From: Phycisphaerales bacterium
GTDB taxonomy: Bacteria > Planctomycetota > Phycisphaerae > UBA1845
Assembly (NCBI GenBank): GCA_020639115.1
Contig: JACKHG010000005.1
Location: forward strand, 114,071 to 178,070
DNA: 64,000 nucleotides
Reading direction: 5' to 3'
The position numbers and the translations under genes were made by a program. This document shows positions 10,340 through 18,116 of the stretch, one piece after another; the first letter of the stretch is position 1, and every line of letters starts with the position of its first letter. The notes under the pieces were generated by a model that made no database searches, was not told the DNA's origin, and saw only the letters and a list, made by a program, of their open reading frames with translations.

Positions 10340-10699
10340 ATGGAGACGTCGCCTGCAAACAGGCTGTTGAGATTAACGGTAATCATGAGGAGCAAGGGCT
10401 TCAGTCGCTGGACGATGCTGCACCTGATCGGTGTGTCCGTTACGCTTGTCGCGGGCTTCCTCTGGTTGACGTTGCCAGAGGGGATTGGAGGGACTACGGC
10501 GCCGCGGTACCGACTGATTGTAACACTGTGCGCTGCAATCGGCGGAGCCATGTTGGCACTTTACGCATGGCGACGTGTTCGCGACCGGCTGGCGGGGCAA
10601 TGCTGGAATTGCGGATACTGCTTGAAGGGAAACACGAGCGGCGTTTGTCCGGAGTGCGGTAGGCCGACAACGCCTGGGTCGAGCAAAGTTAACTCTTGA
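10340..10699 (+). CDS. small membrane protein with C-terminal zinc ribbon (CWNCGYCLKGNTSGVCPECG)
   Basis: Two predicted TM helices followed by a CxxCxYxLxGx5CPECG motif. The same motif occurs in 33884-34849, 40683-41393 and 42712-43047. The start is uncertain (TTG 10331, ATG 10340 or ATG 10385). Confidence 0.6.
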   Translation: METSPANRLLRLTVIMRSKGFSRWTMLHLIGVSVTLVAGFLWLTLPEGIGGTTAPRYRLIVTLCAAIGGAMLALYAWRRVRDRLAGQCWNCGYCLKGNTSGVCPECGRPTTPGSSKVNS

Positions 10700-10740
10700 G
10701 GAGTCGGCAGGGAGGAGGACGTGAAAAGAGAAAGAGCGCC

Positions 10741-10814
10741 GGGAGTCGTTCTTGAGACTTCAATTGATCCGCCGGAGGCGTCGCAACGACGCGCAGTGCG
10801 TGAATACGTCTCCC
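10741..10814. repeat. ~70-nt structured repeat, copy C
   Basis: GGGAGTCGTTCTTGAGACTTCAAT...CCGGAGGCG...GCAACGAC...CGTCTCCC. The terminal pairing GGGAG/CTCCC is retained. Confidence 0.55.
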
Positions 10815-10849
10815 GACGCCTTCGATCTGTCGTCGCCCGGGGGAAAGCA

Positions 10850-10977
10850 AAGGGAAAGCAAAGGGGCCGGGAAAGCAAAGGGGTCGGAAAGCAAAGGGGT
10901 CGGGAGTCGTTATTGCGTTATACCAAGGGAAAGCAAAGGGGTCGGGAGTCGTTATTGCGTTATACCAACGGTCAATA
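10850..10977. repeat. tandem repeat: GGAAAGCAAAG units plus two 42-bp units (GGGAAAGCAAAGGGGTCGGGAGTCGTTATTGCGTTATACCAA)
   Basis: Direct reading. The 42-bp unit carries the GGGGTCGGGAGTCGTT head of the 70-nt element. Confidence 0.8.
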
Positions 10978-11018
10978 AGGGGGCATACCAGGGAACTGCC
11001 TGCGCCGCGTGAGGGACA

Positions 11019-12626
11019 CTACTCCACGGCAACGTGACTACCCTTTTCGGCCACCGATCTGCGCATGAGCAGGACAAGCAACACCAGCACGATGGCCAGG
11101 GCGCCACAAATCCAGAAGACGTCGAAAAACGCCAGGGACGACGACTGCTGGGCGCGCAATCCCGCTATCGCTTCCAGGGTCATCTGCCGCGCTGCGACCG
11201 GGTCGCCGGTCTGGCCATAAAACACGGAACTGCCCTGGTGGAGTGCGTTCTGCACCTGGGCGTTTAGCACGCCAAGGTGCTCGCCGAGACGGAGCGTGTG
11301 AAACTGCTCGCGGCGTTCGTGAATGGTCTGGGCCATCGAGGTGCCGACGCTGCCGCCCTCGTTGCGCAGCAGCGCGAGGAGGCCGACAGCCGCACCCCGG
11401 AGCCTTGGCGGGATGTAGAGAAACGCAGCCACGTTGAGCGGCGCGAAGATCATGGACAAACCGGCGATCAGCACGACGCGCGGCCAGACGAAGTTCCAGG
11501 GACCAACCTGGAGATTGAGATAGGCCATCCAGAGGTTGCCGACTGCCAGAGTCAGCAGGCCCGCCGCCATCAGGTAACGCGCATCGACGCCCCGTCCAAG
11601 AAGGACCCCGACGATGAGCAACATGATGATGGCGCCGATACCGGCAGGCGAAAGGACCAGGCCGGAGGTGGTCGCGTCGTAGCGGAAGAGAGTTTGGAGC
11701 AGCGCAGGCAGACTCACGGTGTTGGCGTAGAGGACTGCAAAGGCGCAGAAAATGATGATGCAGCAGGAGCGGAAATTCCGATCGAGCAGCGTGCGGAAAT
11801 TGATCAGCGGGTTCTCATAGCGCAACTCGCGGCGGATCAGGAGTCCCGTGCAGATCATAAAAATCCCGAGCAGCGCGTGAATGCGCCAGAATGGATCGCC
11901 GAGCCAATCCCATTCCTGGCCCTTGCTGAGCATGATTTCCCAGCAGACCATGGCCGCGCTCAGGAGGCACAGGCCGACGGTGTCGAAGGGCATTGCCGAC
12001 TTACGCAACTGTTCGCGTTCAGCCCGGAGGTACTCGGGATCGTGGACGACCATATTGCACGTCCACAGGGCGAACAGGCCGATGGGCACGTTCAGGTAGA
12101 AGATCCAGCGCCAGCCGTAATTGTCGGTGACGTATCCGCCCAGCGTCGGACCAAACACCGGGGCGAGCAGCGCAGCGATGCCGAAGACCGTCATGGCGGC
12201 GCCCTGCTTCTCACGCGGAAACGTGTCGAGGAGAACGCCCTGGCTGGACGGCTGCAAGCCGCCTCCAGCGAGACCTTGGAGCACCCGCGCGGCGATGAGC
12301 ATTTCCAGATGGGTGGCCATGCCGCAGAGCGCGGAGGCGAGCGTGAAGACGGCGATCGAGAGCAAAAAATAGTTGCGGCGGCCGATGCGCGTCGCGAGCC
12401 AGCCGGAAATGGGAAGGACGATGGCGTTGGCTGCGAGGTAGCTGGTGATAACCCATTCGCTGTCGCTGAAGGGCGCGGAGAGTCCGCCCGCGATGTAGCG
12501 CAGCGCGACGTTGGCGATCGTGGTGTCGAGCACCTCCATGAAGGTGGGGATCACCACGGCGGCTGCGATGAGCCATGGACCGGTGGATCGACGCTCGAGC
12601 GGCAGATCGGCGGTCAGCGTGGTCAT
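11019..12626 (-). CDS. MFS efflux transporter, DHA2 (EmrB/QacA-like, 14 TMS)
   Basis: 535 aa with many TM segments and an 'ALRYIAGGL...' N-terminal region typical of EmrB-type pumps. Overlaps the upstream HlyD gene by 4 nt. Confidence 0.88.
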   Translation of the reverse strand: MTTLTADLPLERRSTGPWLIAAAVVIPTFMEVLDTTIANVALRYIAGGLSAPFSDSEWVITSYLAANAIVLPISGWLATRIGRRNYFLLSIAVFTLASALCGMATHLEMLIAARVLQGLAGGGLQPSSQGVLLDTFPREKQGAAMTVFGIAALLAPVFGPTLGGYVTDNYGWRWIFYLNVPIGLFALWTCNMVVHDPEYLRAEREQLRKSAMPFDTVGLCLLSAAMVCWEIMLSKGQEWDWLGDPFWRIHALLGIFMICTGLLIRRELRYENPLINFRTLLDRNFRSCCIIIFCAFAVLYANTVSLPALLQTLFRYDATTSGLVLSPAGIGAIIMLLIVGVLLGRGVDARYLMAAGLLTLAVGNLWMAYLNLQVGPWNFVWPRVVLIAGLSMIFAPLNVAAFLYIPPRLRGAAVGLLALLRNEGGSVGTSMAQTIHERREQFHTLRLGEHLGVLNAQVQNALHQGSSVFYGQTGDPVAARQMTLEAIAGLRAQQSSSLAFFDVFWICGALAIVLVLLVLLMRRSVAEKGSHVAVE

Positions 12627-14128
12627 GGATGAACCCCGACCGACGACTTGTTCGAGGCAGCGCCTGATGCGGCCGCCACTTGGGTCAGGAAAGGCTGCAA
12701 GACGTGGCCGGCGCCCTTCCCGGTCGGCTCCTGATCAAGACGAACGACCGGGGTGACCGACAAGCCGACGAAGAGAGGCCATTTCTCAGGATCGTAATCG
12801 AGCAGATCGATGCGGACCGGAAGGCGCTGAACGACTTTGACGAAATTGCCGGTGGCGTTCTCGGCGGGCAGCAGAGCGAGGGTGGAGCCGGTGCCCATGG
12901 TAAAGCCCGAGACCCGACCCTTGAATGCGTGTTTGCTGCCGTACATGTCGACTTCGATGTCCACCGGCTGGCCGATGCGGAGGCGCGCCAACTGGGTTTC
13001 CTTGAAGTTGGCGTCGACCCAGATCTCGTTCAACGAACGGACCGCCATCAAGGACTGGCCGGCGACGACGTTGTTTCCGGGGTTGACGGATCGACGCGTG
13101 ACGACGCCGTCAATCGCACTGATGACGCCGCAGTAGCGACGGTCGAGTTGGGCCTGGTCAAGTTTGCGCTGCGCCTCGGCCAGGGCCGCTTCGGCCTGTC
13201 TGATCTCGGGCGCGTTCTCCAGAAGAGCGGCAAAAATGTTGTTGATGTCACCCTTGGGATCGCGTTTGTAGAAGTCGGCGAGCATCTCCTTGGGCGTCTT
13301 GTCGAAGGAGTCCGAGACCCCGAGTTGAGCCGCCGCTTGGATCAGGTTTGCCTGTGCCTCGCGAACGGCTGAGAAGGTCTGGTCGATGTCCGGCGGCACC
13401 GTGGTCAGCGCTTCGCCGTCCTCGGGTTGGGGCAGCAGGCCGAGAGAGACGCGGATCTGGTGCACCTGTTCGAGGGTTTCGTCGACCTGCGCCTGGGCCA
13501 CGTGGAGGGCTTCGACGCGATCGTCGAATTCCTGCTTGGCGGCTTCATGGGTCTTGTAGAGCGCGGACACTCGGTCGTACTGATTCTGAGCGTTGACCAG
13601 CGTTGCATTTCGCGCTGCAAGCGTCGCGGCCTTCGATTTCAGCTCCGCGACCTGATTGTTGACGTCTTCGATGGCGCGCTGCAGACCAAAACGCAGGCTG
13701 CGGGCGTGCGCTTCGATACCTCTGACGTCGGCGCGGCGCGCGACGAGGTTCGCCCGCGCGGCATCGACCGCGGCCTGGGCGATGTGTACCTGCACATCAA
13801 ACGGCTCGGGGTCCAGTTGCACGAGCAGATCGCCCTTGTGCACGCGATTGTTGTCCTCGACGAGCACCTTGGCGACCTGGCCGGAAACACGCGGGGCGAC
13901 GAAGGTGACGTGGCTGTTGACGTAGGCATCGTCGGTGGAAACCGTGCGTGTCGCTTCGATGATCCGAGGCACGCCGAACCAGAGGGCGACCGCAAGCACG
14001 AGGAGCAGAATCACGCGTTTGAAGAAGGGACGGTAATGGGATCGCGGTGGGGACGTGGCTGGACCGGATCGATCGGACGGCCCGGACTCCCTTGTTCCGG
14101 AAACGGTCGGACTTTTTTCGTCTTCCAT
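12623..14128 (-). CDS. HlyD-family membrane fusion protein (EmrA-like)
   Basis: One N-terminal TM, long coiled coils and a beta-barrel C-terminus (..GQPVDIEVDMYG..). GGAGG RBS 6 nt before the ATG at 14128. Confidence 0.88.
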   Translation of the reverse strand: MEDEKSPTVSGTRESGPSDRSGPATSPPRSHYRPFFKRVILLLVLAVALWFGVPRIIEATRTVSTDDAYVNSHVTFVAPRVSGQVAKVLVEDNNRVHKGDLLVQLDPEPFDVQVHIAQAAVDAARANLVARRADVRGIEAHARSLRFGLQRAIEDVNNQVAELKSKAATLAARNATLVNAQNQYDRVSALYKTHEAAKQEFDDRVEALHVAQAQVDETLEQVHQIRVSLGLLPQPEDGEALTTVPPDIDQTFSAVREAQANLIQAAAQLGVSDSFDKTPKEMLADFYKRDPKGDINNIFAALLENAPEIRQAEAALAEAQRKLDQAQLDRRYCGVISAIDGVVTRRSVNPGNNVVAGQSLMAVRSLNEIWVDANFKETQLARLRIGQPVDIEVDMYGSKHAFKGRVSGFTMGTGSTLALLPAENATGNFVKVVQRLPVRIDLLDYDPEKWPLFVGLSVTPVVRLDQEPTGKGAGHVLQPFLTQVAAASGAASNKSSVGVHP

Positions 14129-14691
14129 TCGAATGCCTCCGGCGCAACGCAACGCTTGTGTTCGGGGTGGGGAGCGCTAAGCGCGTCTGCCTGGCGACCC
14201 GGTGCCAGACGATGCCGGGATGGATGATAGTCGGCCCCGCGTTTCCGACCCGTCGGTCTGCGACCCAATCGGGCGCCTCAGTCGAATCGGGCATGGGCGG
14301 CGCACGCACGGATTGCTGACCTGCCCCCGAAACCGGCACCACGACCTACGCGAGTCTGCCACACCGGCTGCCGGGGGGAGGAGCGCAGCGAGGCAGCCCG
14401 GGCGGAACAGGGGGGCGTCGACAGGAAAGGCGGGTTGGAAAGCGGTCGGAGGGACAGCAGTCGAGAATCGTCTTTGACTTCAGGAAGCGAAACGGGGCAG
14501 CGGCTAATTTTCCAGAGGAGGGAGTACGCCGTCGGGACTTTGGCAAGACGCATCCCGGCAGCGGCTTTGCCCCAGGGCTTCGCGCCCCGCGCTCTGATCG
14601 GCACACCCGCCGCAGCACCACCCGCAAGCGCGACACCGGCGCCGCACCATCACCGCCCGTGAACTCCCCGCCCGTCACTCCGGCAGGGCCC

Positions 14692-14726
14692 ATTCATCAT
14701 TCCGCATTCCGCATTCATCATTCATC
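14692..14726. repeat. heptamer array ATTCATC/ATTCCGC x5 (family R1)
   Basis: Direct reading. Near-identical arrays at 21358-21392 and 31661-31688 are all preceded by a (G/A)CA(G/C)GNCC context. Confidence 0.8.
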
Positions 14727-14831
14727 ATCCCCCCTCCCTCCCCTTGCCCCCGGGCCCGCTCGCCTCTACCCTTCATCCGCACCGTCGGGCGTGCCGGAAC
14801 AATACTGGACGACAACCTTCAGACTGCGGAG

Positions 14832-16082
14832 ATGACCATGCACTCGCTGCGGAACCGCTGCATCGTGACCACGGCCCTCGCCAGCGCCCTCACAGCCACC
14901 CTGACCCTCACCCTCGCCGCCGCACCGGCCGCCGCCGACTGGCCCAACTTCCGCGGACCCGAGTACGACGGCATCCGCCACGACGCCAACATCCAGCAAC
15001 AATGGGATAAACCCATCCCCCTCGTCTGGGATCGCGAAATCGGCTCCGCCTTCAGCTCCTTCGCCGTCGTCGGCGACCGCCTTTACACCTGCGGCACGAA
15101 GGACAAGCACCAGGTGCTCGTCTGCCTCAACGCCGCAACCGGCGCCGTCATCTGGGAAAACCCATTCGGACCCGAGTACCGCGACGAACACGGCGACGGC
15201 GCCCGCGCCACCCCCACCGTCGCCGACGGACGCGTCTACATCCTCGGCGCCCACGGCCGCCTGCTCTGCGCCGACGCCGCCACCGGCAAGGACGTCTGGA
15301 GCAAGCAGTTCAACCACGTCCCCCAGTGGGGCTACAGCGGCTCCGTCCTCGTCGAGGGCGACCTCGCCATCAGCACCGCCGGCAACGAACAGGGCACCCT
15401 CGTCGCCTTCGACCGCCGCACCGGCGAAAAACGCTGGCAGTGCGGCGAGGACCCGCCCGGCTACGCCACCCCCTACCCCTTCACCTTCAACAACCACCGC
15501 TACGTCGTTGGCTTTTCCGGTAACTCCGCCATCATCGCCGACCTCGCCACCGGCGCCCTCGCCTGGCGCCAGGAGTGGAAGACGTCCTGGGACGTCAACG
15601 CAGCCGCCCCCATTTTCCACGACGGCTACCTCTTCCTCACCTCCGGCTACCACACCGGCTGCGGACTGTACAAGCTCTCGACCTCCGGCGACGGCCTCGC
15701 CGCCGAGGAGATTTGGAAAAGCCAGGTGCTGCTCAACAAGTTCCAGTCGTGCATCCTCCACGACGGGGCCCTCTACGCCAGCGACCAGAAGTCGCTCGTC
15801 TGCGTCGACTTCCTCACCGGCAAGGAACACTGGCGCATCCGCCGCATGCCGGACGCCAGCCCCGAAAACGGCACGCTCGTCCTCGCCGACGGCGCCCTCA
15901 TCATGCTCACCGAGGACGGCCACCTGCTCATCGCCCCCGCCTCGACCGCGGGCTTCGAACCGGTGACCTCTGCGGAGATCCTCTCCGGCCGCTGCTGGAC
16001 CGTCCCCGTCCTCGACGCCGGCCGCCTCTACGCCCGCAACCTCGAACGCATGGCCTGCTTCAAGTTGAGCGCGGGAGAGTGA
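14832..16082 (+). CDS. secreted PQQ-like beta-propeller protein
   Basis: Signal peptide followed by 'ADWPNFRGPEYDG'. Repeated blade motifs (..G.VYI/..DG.LY..). Confidence 0.85.
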   Translation: MTMHSLRNRCIVTTALASALTATLTLTLAAAPAAADWPNFRGPEYDGIRHDANIQQQWDKPIPLVWDREIGSAFSSFAVVGDRLYTCGTKDKHQVLVCLNAATGAVIWENPFGPEYRDEHGDGARATPTVADGRVYILGAHGRLLCADAATGKDVWSKQFNHVPQWGYSGSVLVEGDLAISTAGNEQGTLVAFDRRTGEKRWQCGEDPPGYATPYPFTFNNHRYVVGFSGNSAIIADLATGALAWRQEWKTSWDVNAAAPIFHDGYLFLTSGYHTGCGLYKLSTSGDGLAAEEIWKSQVLLNKFQSCILHDGALYASDQKSLVCVDFLTGKEHWRIRRMPDASPENGTLVLADGALIMLTEDGHLLIAPASTAGFEPVTSAEILSGRCWTVPVLDAGRLYARNLERMACFKLSAGE

Positions 16083-16135
16083 GAAGGTGAGAAAGTGGAA
16101 AAGTGAAAAAGTGAGAAAGTGAGAAAGTGGGAACG
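16080..16135. repeat. octamer array GTGAGAAA x~7 starting at the stop codon of 14832-16082 (family R2)
   Basis: tgaGAAGGTGAGAAAGTGGAAAAGTGAAAAAGTGAGAAAGTGAGAAAGTGGGAAC. TGA triplets fall in all three frames. Confidence 0.8.
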
Positions 16136-16361
16136 TAAGCAGGCGGGTACGGCGGCGCTACCGCAAACAGCGTCTGAGGGCTCCAAACGTGAGCGTGTAA
16201 CCGCTGCGTGACCACGCTGGGGGCCGGCTTATCAGGCGCGTTACTCCCTTGCCGCGGCCGCCTGCGCCGTCCTATCATCAGCACTCGGGATTGACTGCAT
16301 CCCGGACCCGCGCCTCCATCGTATTCGGGCGTCAGCGGTCCGGCGGGGCCGGGGAACAACC

Positions 16362-17888
16362 ATGGGAACAATCCGATTCGTACGGCGCGCCGTGATCGCG
16401 GCCGCCATTGTCGCATCGCTCGCGGTTCAGTCCGTCCGCGCCGACATCAGCGAAAACCAGGTGCTCGTCGTCTACAACTCCGCGTCCGCCGACGGTACCG
16501 CCCTGCGCACGGCCTACCTCGCCGCCCATCCCGGCATCCCCACGACCAACATCCTCGACCTCAACGACGCCTCCCTGCTCGTCCCCGACCTCACCTACGC
16601 CAACTTCGTCAGCAAGCTGCGCACGCCGATCCGCAACCACCTGAACGCAACCGGCACGGCCCAAAGCATCGTCGCCATCGCGCTGCTCCGCCCCATCCCC
16701 CACCGCATCCAGGACACCGACAACCCCACGGTCGGCGATGCACCCTCCGCCGCCGTCAACGAACTCAGCGCCGGCGACGCCACCTACGCGTCCGTCGACA
16801 CCGAACTCGCCCTCCTCTGGCAGAATCTCGACACCGGCGAGGCCGGCGGAACCATGGACAGCCTCTCCGACAATATGATCGTTAACCCCTACCACACCAG
16901 CACCGTCGGCATCGACGCTTTCTCCCGCGCCAACATCACCACCGCCAAGACCTTCGCCAACCTCGGCAACGCCGCGTGGGGACTCGCCGGCTCCGGCGCT
17001 GCCCGCCTCACCGCCGGCGATATCTACCTCGTCTGCCGCGTCGACGGCACCAACCTCATCGACGCCGAGGCCCTCATCGACCGCGCCGCCGACAACCGCG
17101 TCGATCGCCGCCACGCGCGCATCCTCCTCGACGAGTACGACCTCGCCGTCCGCGCCGACCTCGACGACGACCCGCTCTTCGCCTCGAACGACCCCTTCCT
17201 CGCCGGCGACGACTACGAGGACACCCGCGACCTGCTCACCGCCGCCGGCTGGGACGTCCGCTACGACGACACCTTCAACTTCATCTCCTCCGCCGAAGAG
17301 ACCCACCCGCTCATCGCCTATACCTCCTATGGAGAAAACCACGACGTGGGCGGCGCCGGCGAGGATCCCCCCGGCGTGGGTAGCTACATCAACGGCTTCA
17401 ACTTCCTGCCCGGCGCCATCTTCAGCTCCCTCGAGTCCTTCAACGGCCGCGCCCTCAACGGACTCGGCACCGCCGCCGGCCAGGAACAGGCGGCTGACTT
17501 CATCACCGCCGGCGGCACCTTCGCAGCCGGGAACGTCTACGAACCCTTCAGCTTCAGCATCCCCGACAGCGAATTCCTCATTGGCAATATGCTCGTCGAC
17601 CACCAGACCTTCGCCGAGGCCGCCTACGCCAGCTTCCCCGCGCTGAGCTGGCAACAGATCGCCATCGGCGACCCCCTCGGACGCGTCAACCTCCTCGGCG
17701 ATCTCGACGACGACGGCGACATCGACGCCACCGACACCGCCACCCTCCTCGATTGCCTCGCCGGCCCTGGGGTACTCACCCCACCCACCAGTTGCAGCAC
17801 GACTGACTTCGCCCGCGCCGACCTCGACGCCGACGGCGACGTCGACCTGGCCGACTTTTCAATCTACCAGCCCCTGTACGGCGGTTGA
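16362..17888 (+). CDS. secreted TIGR03790-like protein with two C-terminal dockerin/EF-hand-like repeats
   Basis: Signal peptide. 'VLVVYNSASADGTALRTAYLAAHPGIP' resembles the TIGR03790 signature as I recall it. The C-terminus has GDLDDDGDIDATD and ADLDADGDVDLAD. Confidence 0.7.
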   Translation: MGTIRFVRRAVIAAAIVASLAVQSVRADISENQVLVVYNSASADGTALRTAYLAAHPGIPTTNILDLNDASLLVPDLTYANFVSKLRTPIRNHLNATGTAQSIVAIALLRPIPHRIQDTDNPTVGDAPSAAVNELSAGDATYASVDTELALLWQNLDTGEAGGTMDSLSDNMIVNPYHTSTVGIDAFSRANITTAKTFANLGNAAWGLAGSGAARLTAGDIYLVCRVDGTNLIDAEALIDRAADNRVDRRHARILLDEYDLAVRADLDDDPLFASNDPFLAGDDYEDTRDLLTAAGWDVRYDDTFNFISSAEETHPLIAYTSYGENHDVGGAGEDPPGVGSYINGFNFLPGAIFSSLESFNGRALNGLGTAAGQEQAADFITAGGTFAAGNVYEPFSFSIPDSEFLIGNMLVDHQTFAEAAYASFPALSWQQIAIGDPLGRVNLLGDLDDDGDIDATDTATLLDCLAGPGVLTPPTSCSTTDFARADLDADGDVDLADFSIYQPLYGG

Positions 17889-18116
17889 TTTACCTGCCCC
17901 TCATACCTTCACCACGACTTGACCCCCACGCCAGCTTCCCCGCGTTCTGGGCGGCTGCGCAACAGCCCCCAAGTAGCGTTTGATCGCAGTGCCGCAGCAC
18001 CTAACATGGCAGTTGAGCCATGCGTCAACCCGATACGATCGCGCCGTAGGTATTGCCGATGTTAAGTAAGCGGGCGAAACAGTAGTTCCGGGCCAAAAAG
18101 CGGAGTTCCACCTGTC

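Noticed and set aside
9400-11000. Small low-GC ORFs separated by imperfect palindromic repeats suggested an integron cassette array with attC sites.
   Set aside because: The repeat ends do not fit RYYYAAC...GTTRRRY, and no intI or attI is present in the window.
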